Virus record (IMG/VR): IMGVR_UViG_3300031760_000010
Coordinates: 32,001-96,000 of that record
Direction: 5' to 3' (one strand)
Length of the DNA: 64,000 bases
DNA from: a virus
Lineage: Duplodnaviria > Caudoviricetes
Shown: one piece after another, positions 31,086 to 39,676 of the stretch
Numbering within the stretch: position 1 is the stretch's first letter
Layout: every line of letters starts with the position of its first letter
Made by a program: the position numbers and the translations under genes
Notes under the pieces: generated by a model
Told to the model about the DNA's origin: nothing
The model's input: only the letters and a program-made list of their open reading frames with translations
Databases searched by the model: none

Positions 31086-31478
31086 ATGAAATATTACATC
31101 GTACCGAAGAATGAAATTGCAATGGAAATCAATGCCAATATCATGAAGTGTGAATCCGCAGCGGACGCCATGTCCTTTTTCGCCATCAATATGGATTCTG
31201 ATATGAATACATATTTTGAAGCTGTAAGCGAAAATGATTGGGCAATGTATCAGCTTAAGCGAACTCAGACAGAAGAGAAACGAATATTTCTTGAGTTCGC
31301 AGAAGATGTTTTAGAGGAAGACTTCGATGATATTGAAGAAGACGATATTCCTGCTTTGGCAGAATATGCTTGGGAGCTGTACTGCGGAGAACGCAAAGGA
31401 GGTGAGGGACTGACAGAGTATGAGTGCATTGAGAAGGCGGTTGATGATAATTATGAAACGATTGAGGAGGAAGAATGA
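31086..31478 (+). CDS. Acidic hypothetical protein
   Basis: AAGGAG RBS. Confidence 0.65.
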   Translation: MKYYIVPKNEIAMEINANIMKCESAADAMSFFAINMDSDMNTYFEAVSENDWAMYQLKRTQTEEKRIFLEFAEDVLEEDFDDIEEDDIPALAEYAWELYCGERKGGEGLTEYECIEKAVDDNYETIEEEE

Positions 31479-31807
31479 TGTCGTGGACTAGCATGAAAAA
31501 TTCCAGATCTTATCTGAAGGCAGATACGAAGAGAAGAGATTATAATGATCCATATGCAGAAATAGCTGCAGCTGCTGTTCGTCAGGCTGTGAATGATTGG
31601 GTGGAGTTACATAAGAAGAGAGGCAAACCTGAATGGTTACGTGACCCGCCTGGTACGAAAAAAGAGAATCGGCGCACGAAGGCAGATGAAATTCGTAACA
31701 TTGAAGAGTTTTTCTTGAGTGAAGACTTTCAGATGTACACGGATATTGATGGGAAAAAGCTGTTGGAATATCTGAAAGATCTGTATCTGTTGCGGAGAGT
31801 TGTATAG
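31475..31807 (+). CDS. Hypothetical protein upstream of RT
   Basis: ATGA overlap; AAAVRQAVND...IEEFFLSE. Confidence 0.65.
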   Translation: MMSWTSMKNSRSYLKADTKRRDYNDPYAEIAAAAVRQAVNDWVELHKKRGKPEWLRDPPGTKKENRRTKADEIRNIEEFFLSEDFQMYTDIDGKKLLEYLKDLYLLRRVV

Positions 31808-31830
31808 GTTAAATTAAACGGAGGCAAACA

Positions 31831-33084
31831 ATGGATGTATTACTGCAGAAAATGTTTTTGGAACCAGAGAGATGGACCGAAGCGATTGAAATTGGTGTTG
31901 GTAAAAACATCAGCAAAACAGAAATGAGACAGTTATGTGATCCTGAAGTACGGAAAGCATTGTTGTACAAGATTGCAACAGATCAGTACAGAATTGCTCC
32001 ACCGCATACAGCACAGATTCCAAAGGATACACCGGGTGAATTCAGAACGGTTTATATCAATGAAAACATTGATCGAATCTTTCTGAGTCTGGTGAACAAT
32101 CTTCTGTTTGAGATGTTCCCGGAGATGATTCATCCTGCTTGTACGTCTTATCAGAAGGGCATCGGTTGCGGCAAGGTAGTGCAGAGTATCTCTAAAGAGA
32201 TACAGAAAGGGAACGGAACAGTCGGATTCAAATCAGATCTGAGTAAATACTTTGATTCAGTCCCGCTGAAATGGATTGATTATGTCTTCGATCAGATCGA
32301 AACGAAAGTCGGGAAGAGCATAATCATTGATATTATCCGTGATTATTATCATACGGACTGGTGCTTTGACATTGAAGGGAATTTGATTCAGCATTATCAG
32401 TCATTGAAACAGGGCTGTGCTGTAGCGAGTTTTCTTGCGGATGCCATGTTATATGACATGGATGAGCGGTTAAGTAAACTAAAAGGGAAGTATGTACGAT
32501 ACAGTGATGACTGTTTATATGTTGGATCTGATTATGAAGATGCAATGCGGATAATGAAAGCAATGTTAGCAGAGAAAGGACTGACATTGAATCCGAAGAA
32601 AGTAGAGTACATTGATGGAAATCGTTATGTCAAATTCCTTGGTTTCAGCATTTGCGGAGGAAATATCAGTCTCAGTAAGAGCCGAGTAAAGACATTCCAG
32701 AAAGAAATTGAAAAGCGAACCATCAAAAGCAAACGGTCGTATAAAGCAGCTGTAAATGCAGTCAATCAGTATCTGTATGGTGGAGAATACAGTTGGGCAA
32801 CATCTGTATTACCAATCATCAATGTAGAGGAAGACATACAGGAACTGAACAAGTTCGTTATGGACGCATTGAGAGCTGTGCAGACAGGGAAAAAGAAGAT
32901 AGGAGGTCTTGGCTATGTTCCTGATGGTAAAGTAGGCGTGATCAGTCGTGGAACTGGCCGCAACGTAAAAGCGAATCGTATGAAAACAGCTAAAGAAATT
33001 AGTGGGTATCATACGATTAATGAAATGCGGCTGGCTTTAATGACTTCAAGGGAAGTGTTTGATACTCTGGTAAGAATGATGTAA
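31831..33084 (+). CDS. Stand-alone reverse transcriptase
   Basis: RT blocks: IPKD..GEFRTVY..IDRI, SYQKG, KSDLSKYFDSV, LKQGCAVASFLAD, YVRYSDD, GLTLNPKK, KFLGF; no endonuclease domain, no VTG retron motif. Confidence 0.95.
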   Translation: MDVLLQKMFLEPERWTEAIEIGVGKNISKTEMRQLCDPEVRKALLYKIATDQYRIAPPHTAQIPKDTPGEFRTVYINENIDRIFLSLVNNLLFEMFPEMIHPACTSYQKGIGCGKVVQSISKEIQKGNGTVGFKSDLSKYFDSVPLKWIDYVFDQIETKVGKSIIIDIIRDYYHTDWCFDIEGNLIQHYQSLKQGCAVASFLADAMLYDMDERLSKLKGKYVRYSDDCLYVGSDYEDAMRIMKAMLAEKGLTLNPKKVEYIDGNRYVKFLGFSICGGNISLSKSRVKTFQKEIEKRTIKSKRSYKAAVNAVNQYLYGGEYSWATSVLPIINVEEDIQELNKFVMDALRAVQTGKKKIGGLGYVPDGKVGVISRGTGRNVKANRMKTAKEISGYHTINEMRLALMTSREVFDTLVRMM

Positions 33085-33086
33085 AC

Positions 33087-33315
33087 AACAAATCATTATG
33101 GCAAGAATGTATGCTAGGCAAATGAAATTTAAGTCATACAGCTCCCAGCCACTTAACCTGGATCCTGCCAGGCTCGAGCTTGGCAAGTTGTCTGACGACA
33201 ATGCCGGAAGCTCGAACCAGGCAGGATCCAGGTGACCATCCTGAAGTATCCTTCAGGATTAGTCGCTGGTAGCTGTATCTCCTATGAAACAAATAAAGGA
33301 AGCCATCATGTTTGT
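33087..33315 (+). ncRNA. RT-associated hairpin cassette 1
   Basis: Closing ATGGC/GCCAT; branched hairpin 33136-33278 including 14-bp ACCTGGATCCTGCC/GGCAGGATCCAGGT and ATCCTGAAG/CTTCAGGAT. Confidence 0.7.
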
Positions 33316-33334
33316 AAGGCATACATAAATAATA

Positions 33335-33480
33335 GTGCAATGGAAATCAATAAGGATCTTATATTTAGTCCATGCTGGAGGCGGCCACCGGTCGTCGCCC
33401 GCAATGGACTCTATCGTTATGCGGGCGACGACCGGTGGCCGCCTCCAGCATAATGACATGAGACAAATAGAGAGAAGCAC
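33335..33480 (+). ncRNA. RT-associated hairpin cassette 2
   Basis: Closing GTGC/GCAC; perfect 32-bp inverted repeat 33372-33403/33420-33451. Confidence 0.75.
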
Positions 33481-33507
33481 CGCAAGATATGAGTTGGTTT
33501 CAATCCT

Positions 33508-33659
33508 AATGGCAAGGGAAGTATGAGGAGAGGTAAACATTTATGATTACGGATCCCGGCAGCACCTGCTGCAGGCACACGTTTCATTGACATTCACGGA
33601 TCCTGCAGCAGGTGCTGCCGGGATCCGTAATTGATGATACTCAGTACAGAGATGCCATT
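33508..33659 (+). ncRNA. RT-associated hairpin cassette 3
   Basis: Closing AATGGCA/TGCCATT; perfect 30-bp inverted repeat 33546-33575/33602-33631. Confidence 0.75.
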
Positions 33660-33702
33660 TTTACCCCGGATCATACATTTAATAGAGTAAGGAGACAGCG
33701 AA

Positions 33703-34146
33703 ATGATTTTGTTTGATAAATTGGTCAACGAGATAGGTAAAGGTTCGTCAGTACTCATACGACTGAAGGAAAAGGACCTAATCGTGAATGGTCAGTATTG
33801 GATTCAGAACGGTAAAGTAAACGAACCGTGTGATACACTGATGAAACACTATGCGAATATTATGGAACTGATTGAAGATATGTATATCAGTTACAAGTAT
33901 TCGTATCCCGATGAAATGGGAACCAAACGAAAGCGAAGTTATTTTAAAGCGCTTACCGCTGATGAAATGACAGATGCAGAACTGGTGACTGGTGCTAAAA
34001 GGAGGACAGCAAGAGTTCTGTTAGAAGCAACTGTATTACTTAGTACATTGAACGGAGATCTCAAATGGAGGGATGAATGGGGATCTTGGTTCTATCAGGG
34101 AAAGAAAGATAAGGATTTCATTCTGTTAAAGGAATGGGTCGTGTAA
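33703..34146 (+). CDS. Hypothetical protein inside RT cassette locus
   Basis: AAGGAG RBS; 147 aa. Confidence 0.7.
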   Translation: MILFDKLVNEIGKGSSVLIRLKEKDLIVNGQYWIQNGKVNEPCDTLMKHYANIMELIEDMYISYKYSYPDEMGTKRKRSYFKALTADEMTDAELVTGAKRRTARVLLEATVLLSTLNGDLKWRDEWGSWFYQGKKDKDFILLKEWVV

Positions 34147-34198
34147 CGTAACTTAGTGGGTAAGTAAACTACAATATAAAATAATAGGAGAATAAATT

Positions 34199-35125
34199 AT
34201 GCAGAACAGAAATAATAGAATGAACACTCTGAACAACGCTGGTATCGATACTTCCAAATATTATAACGTGGCTATTGACAAGGCACTTCCGAAGGGAACT
34301 ACGCTGACGATCACGATTGGTGAGAATGGTCTGCCTACGGTTACGACAACGGAACTGAAAGGAATGCTGGACCAGATCGACAATCAAGGATATGTAAAGA
34401 ACAGCAATCTGTTCAGACGTTGGGTGATGGCTCAGACGTTCCGTATGATGAAACATGAGGGCGGCTATACCACAGCTCTGAACGAGAAGCCGTATAAGTA
34501 TCAGTGGACGATGCTTGAGAATGAACTTCATGCTATGAGCAAGATCGAAAAGGAAGATAAAGAACTGTTCAAGGTACGGAAAGATTTCTTTACCAAGGAA
34601 GTGATCATTGCCATGCTTGAGGATTACAAGGCAAAGCTGAATGCCGAGTGTGAGCGCGAGTTTTGGGCGTGGGCACAGCGTAAGCGTACAGAAGGTATCG
34701 CAATTGCGAATATCACAATTGATGCAATCAAGCAGTGTACAAATTATAATGGTTACTATCAGATTATCCGAGAGTTTAACAAGGAACTGAAGGGTGGACG
34801 AAGAGATGGTTATTATTGCCCGGATCTGACACTGAGCCGTACCACTGCCAAGTGTAAGGAATGGATCGATGCGTACAAGGGAGCGGGTGCGTATTACAGC
34901 CTGCAAAATTATCTGCGGTTCCATGCAAATACTCATGTATATCTGCCGACGAATGAGAGAGGCCGTGTTCTTTGGGCAACTCGTCTGGAGGCGGAGGGAG
35001 AACTGGAAGTCAAGAGAGAAGAATACAAGGGACAGTGGTATAAACTGTTCGGTTACTTCAAGAGAGTAATTGAACTGAATCAGTTCGATTTCGATAAAGC
35101 CATGCGTCAGAAGTATAATCGGTAA
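34199..35125 (+). CDS. Hypothetical protein inside RT cassette locus
   Basis: AGGAG RBS; 308 aa; LFRRWVMAQ, WIDAYKGAGAYYSLQN motifs. Confidence 0.75.
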   Translation: MQNRNNRMNTLNNAGIDTSKYYNVAIDKALPKGTTLTITIGENGLPTVTTTELKGMLDQIDNQGYVKNSNLFRRWVMAQTFRMMKHEGGYTTALNEKPYKYQWTMLENELHAMSKIEKEDKELFKVRKDFFTKEVIIAMLEDYKAKLNAECEREFWAWAQRKRTEGIAIANITIDAIKQCTNYNGYYQIIREFNKELKGGRRDGYYCPDLTLSRTTAKCKEWIDAYKGAGAYYSLQNYLRFHANTHVYLPTNERGRVLWATRLEAEGELEVKREEYKGQWYKLFGYFKRVIELNQFDFDKAMRQKYNR

Positions 35126-35138
35126 TAACGGAAAGGGA

Positions 35139-35261
35139 TTGCGACCCGATAATACAATACTATAAGTTTAACATTATGATCCTGGAAGGCGGATAGCTGC
35201 GGATTATCTTCCGGCTTCCGCCTTCCAGGATCAGATTGATGAATCCATTACAGAAACGCAA
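35139..35261 (+). ncRNA. RT-associated hairpin cassette 4
   Basis: Closing TTGCG/CGCAA; 17-bp inverted repeat 35177-35193/35217-35233; same flanking motifs and spacing as cassettes 1-3. Confidence 0.7.
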
Positions 35262-35288
35262 AATGATAGTTGAGTATTGTCAAAGTCC

Positions 35289-35342
35289 TTGCCAAAGGAC
35301 AATGAGCATGGTATAGTATGAACAGAAACGAACATATGTTCG
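35289..35342 (+). promoter_or_regulatory. Sigma-A promoter with LexA (Cheo/SOS) box
   Basis: TTGCCA-N17-TATAGT with extended TG; CGAACATATGTTCG at 35329-35342. Confidence 0.75.
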
Positions 35343-35359
35343 AAATATTATAAAGGGGG

Positions 35360-35602
35360 ATGACGAATATGTATGTTGTAGTTGTAACCAATAATTATAA
35401 TGACAAAGGAGAAGCTATCTTATGTAAGACAAAAGATGACGGTATTAAGGAACTGAAGGAAAAATTCTTGACACTATGTGATGAAGCAATCAATTTAAAC
35501 AGACACCACACACATGTGTCTGCTGATCTGCTGTATGCGGAAGTATGGGATGGATTATTGGCAACAGAAATGAGAGTACTACCCGCTGTGGGAACGAACT
35601 GA
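35360..35602 (+). CDS. Small hypothetical protein, putatively SOS-regulated
   Basis: Monocistronic between SOS promoter and terminator. Confidence 0.6.
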   Translation: MTNMYVVVVTNNYNDKGEAILCKTKDDGIKELKEKFLTLCDEAINLNRHHTHVSADLLYAEVWDGLLATEMRVLPAVGTN

Positions 35603-35622
35603 TTGTAAAATAAGGAGAAGAT

Positions 35623-35654
35623 AAGGAACCAGTAAACACTGGTTCTTTTTCTTT
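35623..35654 (+). terminator. Rho-independent terminator
   Basis: GAACCAGT-AAAC-ACTGGTTC-TTTTT. Confidence 0.7.
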
Positions 35655-35716
35655 AGATTAAAGTATACTAATTAACTTAAATATACTAATGATGGTATAT
35701 CAAAGGAGGTTATATT

Positions 35717-36466
35717 ATGGCAAGAAGAAAGCCGAAACAGTACAAGCTGACAAACGGCGTGGTTTATGATCTGTATCTGACAGGAGACACGCATGTGCAT
35801 ATCTCTAGCGGTAACGAAAAGATTGGCAAGGGAATTTACAATCTGTCCTTGCTTCCGGGAGACGAACCGTTGAAACGGAAAGATGGTCTGCAGCTTACGA
35901 ATATTGCTGGTACTTGCCATGGTTGCTGTGATGGTTGCGGTGATTGTTGCTATGCAAAACGTTCTGCAATTCAGCATCACAATGTGAACATCAAAGCATG
36001 GGGTGAGAATACTATGCTTGCAAGGGAAGATACGGAAACGTTCTTTGCTGAGGTCCAGACCTTTCTTGATCGCAATGTGGTTTCGGTATTCCGAGTTCAT
36101 GTGGGCGGAGAGTTCTTCTCTTATGCTTACATAAAGAGATGGGTTGAGTTCGCTGCGAAGAATCCTGATGTGATCTTTTATGTTTACACGAAGCGGTTCG
36201 GATGGGTCGAGAAGGTAGACGAAGAGTACAACGGAGTTCTTCCTGATAATTTTAGAGTGCTGGTTTCGATTTGGCATAAGAATTACAGCAACCCGAGAGG
36301 CTTTGCAGAGTTCATTTATGACGACGGAACGGAACCTGAGCTGAAAGATGTTGTCCACTGCCCGGCAGTAGATAAGAATGGTCATGAGACTGGTGTTACT
36401 TGTTCGATGTGCAAGAGATGCATTAAGGCAAAGAAAGGGACCAGAACTGCAGTGTACGCACATTAA
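35717..36466 (+). CDS. GP88-family (radical-SAM-like fold) protein
   Basis: TC..CC..C..CCYA, FRVHVGGEF, FYVYTKR, CP..TCSMCKRC. Confidence 0.7.
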   Translation: MARRKPKQYKLTNGVVYDLYLTGDTHVHISSGNEKIGKGIYNLSLLPGDEPLKRKDGLQLTNIAGTCHGCCDGCGDCCYAKRSAIQHHNVNIKAWGENTMLAREDTETFFAEVQTFLDRNVVSVFRVHVGGEFFSYAYIKRWVEFAAKNPDVIFYVYTKRFGWVEKVDEEYNGVLPDNFRVLVSIWHKNYSNPRGFAEFIYDDGTEPELKDVVHCPAVDKNGHETGVTCSMCKRCIKAKKGTRTAVYAH

Positions 36467-36526
36467 TACATGATAAATTAAAACGCAAATAATTACTTGA
36501 CAGATAAGGCAAAAGGAGGTATCATA

Positions 36527-36913
36527 ATGGCAACAGAAAAGAATACAGCAAACAAAGAGTGGATGACAGCTTACAAACTGATGAGACTAGGGAAAGATGG
36601 TAAAGTGTATCCACTCTTTATTAATAGGAAAGAACCGACACGGTTCGGAGCAGTGCTGAAGGCAGAATGCTTCCCCACGAAAGGGTTCGCCATTCGGACA
36701 GGGTGGCACTGTTGTTTCACTCCTTATGCACCACATCTTAAAGAAGAACTCGCAAGTGGAGAAAGGAGAGTATGGGTTGAAGTCAAAGTAAAGGATTGGG
36801 AAAGTTATGATCGCCCGGCTAGCCAGGGGAATGCTTGGATACTGGCACAGAACATGGTCGCAGTAAGAGTAATGGATGAAAAGGACGTCATTAAGGTTAG
36901 GAGGGCTGCATGA
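36527..36913 (+). CDS. Conserved phage hypothetical protein
   Basis: AYKLMR...PLFI...RTGWH...PH. Confidence 0.65.
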   Translation: MATEKNTANKEWMTAYKLMRLGKDGKVYPLFINRKEPTRFGAVLKAECFPTKGFAIRTGWHCCFTPYAPHLKEELASGERRVWVEVKVKDWESYDRPASQGNAWILAQNMVAVRVMDEKDVIKVRRAA

Positions 36914-37092
36914 TGAAAAAGTTTTATTGTCCTGTAAATGGTTGGGATTACCCCTATTGGGAAAGAGACGGTACCTGCTCTATAGTTGATAATGGTGATG
37001 ACCCTGTAAAGGAATGCGATGATGCAGCTACCTTTTGGGATGAAGATGATGATTATTTTGTATATGATTATGAGAACGGAAACATTGATTGA
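36910..37092 (+). CDS. Small acidic protein
   Basis: ATGA overlap. Confidence 0.5.
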   Translation: MMKKFYCPVNGWDYPYWERDGTCSIVDNGDDPVKECDDAATFWDEDDDYFVYDYENGNID

Positions 37093-37176
37093 TAATTGCA
37101 TGTTGATAAATAGATAAATTAAACAAGAATAAACAAAATAAACAAGATTAGTAATTCAAGAAAAGGAGATTAAATT

Positions 37177-38112
37177 ATGGCAGCATGTGTAGAGACTATG
37201 TTTAGTGTAAGAGAGACACCGTGGCATCATCAGGGGACCGTTGTTCAGGATGCTCCGACTTCGAAAGATGCGATCAAGTTGGCGGGTCTGGATTGGAGAG
37301 TGATTCAGCATGAAGTAGTAGATAAGGAAACAGGAATTGTGATTCCGGGATTTAAGATCAACGTAAGGGATATCGATAATAAGCCTTTGGGAATGGTGAC
37401 TAATCGTTACCGTATCTGCCAGAACGAAGAAGCATTTGATTTCACAGACGCTCTGCTTGGAGAAGGCGTGACCTATGAAACTGCCGGAAGTCTTTCGTCT
37501 GGAAAGCGAGTATGGCTGTTGGCAAGAATGGAAGGCAGACAGATGACGGGAGAGGACTTCATCCCTTATCTTGTGTTTACGAATAGTCATGATGGCACTG
37601 GTGCTATTAAAGTTGCGCTGACAAATGTTCGCGTTGTATGCCAAAATACTTTGAATATGGCGCTGAATGGCGCTCAGAGAAGTTGGGCATGCGTTCATAA
37701 GGGAAATATTCAGGATAAACTTCAGGAAGCTTACAATACACTGTCCAGAGCAGAAAATTATCTGGACAAGATGGAAGAAGAGTTCGGGGAATTGAAACTG
37801 AAGAAATTGACCGACGATAAGGTAAAAGAGTTTATTGATCTTCTTCTTCCAGTGGACGAGATGAATGATACGAAAAGAAAGATTCTGAATATTACGGAAA
37901 AGAGAGCAGAACTAATGTATCGTTATCAGGAGGCACCTGATCTGAGAGACATCGAAAAGTCTGGCTATAGATTTTTGAATGCTGTAAGTGATTTTGTTAC
38001 TCATTCTGAACCACTGCGGCTGACCAAAAGTTACAAAGAAAACTTATTTATGAACGTGGTGGATGGCCATGCGTTTATGGATAAGGCATATGAGATGATC
38101 AAGGCAGCGTAA
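37177..38112 (+). CDS. DUF932 / phage-plasmid-like protein
   Basis: VRETPWH, AGLDW, YETAGSL..GKRVW, NSHDG, RVVCQNT. Confidence 0.85.
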   Translation: MAACVETMFSVRETPWHHQGTVVQDAPTSKDAIKLAGLDWRVIQHEVVDKETGIVIPGFKINVRDIDNKPLGMVTNRYRICQNEEAFDFTDALLGEGVTYETAGSLSSGKRVWLLARMEGRQMTGEDFIPYLVFTNSHDGTGAIKVALTNVRVVCQNTLNMALNGAQRSWACVHKGNIQDKLQEAYNTLSRAENYLDKMEEEFGELKLKKLTDDKVKEFIDLLLPVDEMNDTKRKILNITEKRAELMYRYQEAPDLRDIEKSGYRFLNAVSDFVTHSEPLRLTKSYKENLFMNVVDGHAFMDKAYEMIKAA

Positions 38113-38179
38113 TAAACACACTAACCTCCGGGGATCTATTCGGTCCCCGGAGGATAATAAACGCAGAAAGGACAGGGAA

Positions 38180-38383
38180 ATGATTAGAGACGGATGGCAC
38201 AATATATGTGCAACGGCCTATGTTTTTACCGAATCCGGAATGGTTTTACGAGCAACCAGATGCTGGCGGCCAGCTTCGGTTTATAAATGGGATGCGAAGC
38301 TAGAATGCTGGACGAATGTTTGCCCGGTAAAATATGAGACGTTTCGTAAGGGATACCGAGAAGGTAGATATGATATTAAATAA
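38180..38383 (+). CDS. Hypothetical protein
   Basis: ORF in packed operon. Confidence 0.5.
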   Translation: MIRDGWHNICATAYVFTESGMVLRATRCWRPASVYKWDAKLECWTNVCPVKYETFRKGYREGRYDIK

Positions 38384-38395
38384 GGAGACGTAATT

Positions 38396-38590
38396 ATGAT
38401 AGTGCTTAAAACAGTGGAAGCTAAAAACGTACTGACCAATGAAGTGCGAGTAAAGACTTATATCAGTTGGGATGAGGTAAAGGAAGATTTAAAAGCGTAT
38501 GCGAGGGAAACGGAAAGGACGGATTACAGAGCTAACGATATAGAATTCTGGGATCTGAAGTTACTTGGTGAAATATTAACGATTGGTTAA
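38396..38590 (+). CDS. Hypothetical protein
   Basis: AAGGAG RBS. Confidence 0.55.
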   Translation: MIVLKTVEAKNVLTNEVRVKTYISWDEVKEDLKAYARETERTDYRANDIEFWDLKLLGEILTIG

Positions 38591-38610
38591 TTACAAGAAG
38601 GGGGACAGAT

Positions 38611-38835
38611 ATGAATAAGATTACTTTTGAATCTTTATGTTTCGACTTTACAGTGGATGAAGCTATGGAAAGAGCAAGAGAAGACAGTACGTCAGATCGT
38701 TTTAAAACTACATATTCTGTTTGGCAGAACAGGAAGACAAAAAAAAGTAGAGTGAGCTGCTATGAGTTCGCATTGAGTTTTAAGAAAGAATGGAGAGTAA
38801 TTGCCCAGTTTAAAAATGGAGAACAGATGATGTGA
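38611..38835 (+). CDS. Hypothetical protein
   Basis: GGGGG RBS. Confidence 0.5.
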   Translation: MNKITFESLCFDFTVDEAMERAREDSTSDRFKTTYSVWQNRKTKKSRVSCYEFALSFKKEWRVIAQFKNGEQMM

Positions 38836-39012
38836 GTGATGTAAGGAGAATAAATATGGAAGCAAAAAGAGAATTAGCTGTAAACTGTATGCTTTATATG
38901 GATATGAAAGACGGTGAAACAAAAGATGAAGCGCTTACACGAATGCTAAATATTTTAGATAAAGCTAAACTCGAATGGGGCATTTATGAATGTGAAGAAA
39001 GGGAGAAATAAT

Positions 39013-39198
39013 ATGAAGTACATAGTATCAGTCAAGATTGACGGCAGACTTGATGTTGAAGTTGAAGCTGATTCGTTTGAAGAGGCTCGAAGGGAAGCTG
39101 AGTTTGAAGCAGGCAACTGTGATTGGAATCGAGTTGAGTGTGTGGATATTGAAGCTGTAAATGCTGAAGATGAAACAGGGAAATTTATTGATTATTAA
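39013..39198 (+). CDS. Small acidic protein
   Basis: VEVEADSFEEA pattern. Confidence 0.55.
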   Translation: MKYIVSVKIDGRLDVEVEADSFEEARREAEFEAGNCDWNRVECVDIEAVNAEDETGKFIDY

Positions 39199-39207
39199 GG
39201 AGGGAAA

Positions 39208-39429
39208 ATGAGTAGAAGTAGTGTTGCATGGCTTAGTAGTTTACTTATTTTATTCGGTATAGTTCTTGCTATGGTTGGGAGTCCTGGAGCGTTAGTTATA
39301 AGCGGCTTATTGATAGGACTGTGGGCGTGGTTACTATGGGCGGCTTATGCAACAGATGAAAAAGAAAAGGAACATATTAATAGTTTAAGAGATGTTATTG
39401 AACAGTTGCGAGAGCAGAAGAAAGGATGA
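39208..39429 (+). CDS. Small two-TM membrane protein
   Basis: Two hydrophobic segments; AGGAGG RBS. Confidence 0.6.
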   Translation: MSRSSVAWLSSLLILFGIVLAMVGSPGALVISGLLIGLWAWLLWAAYATDEKEKEHINSLRDVIEQLREQKKG

Positions 39430-39433
39430 TAGC

Positions 39434-39676
39434 ATGACAAGAAAAATTATGTCGTTGGCAATTGGTGGTGTTCGAATTGAGTGTATTAAAGAAGAGGGAA
39501 AAGTCAATCCCTATGTGGTCCGTCTCGTATGGTGGGATGACGGTTGGCATCGTAAGAAGATGGTTGCATATGCTGATTTTACTTCAGTTTTGTATTATTT
39601 GTTGGATTATCAGCATGCACATCTTGATAACGCGAGTATTGAAGTGAAATTAAACTGGATTAAAAATTATAAGTGA
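39434..39676 (+). CDS. Hypothetical protein
   Basis: ORF in packed operon. Confidence 0.55.
   Translation: MTRKIMSLAIGGVRIECIKEEGKVNPYVVRLVWWDDGWHRKKMVAYADFTSVLYYLLDYQHAHLDNASIEVKLNWIKNYK

Noticed and set aside
31831-33084. RT as a group II intron maturase
   Set aside because: No room for intron domains I-III upstream (previous ORF ends 23 nt before), no domain V/VI pattern downstream, no interrupted host gene.
33134-33540. Short ORFs called over the cassettes
   Set aside because: No RBS; mirror-image peptides (WRRPPVVAR on both strands) are artefacts of the palindrome.
33087-33659. CRISPR array or plain terminators
   Set aside because: No identical direct repeats or cas1/cas2; stems of 30-32 bp lack U-tails and share a spaced scaffold.
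34169-37698. Long minus-strand ORFs (34169-34936, 35672-36463, 37156-37698)
   Set aside because: Antisense shadows of well-supported plus-strand genes; no RBS or motifs.
38126-38154. Fifth RT cassette
   Set aside because: The GC hairpin lacks the TTTA and ATGA..TA.AG..GC flanks and closing repeat; more likely an ordinary 3' stem-loop. The same applies to 28897-28931.
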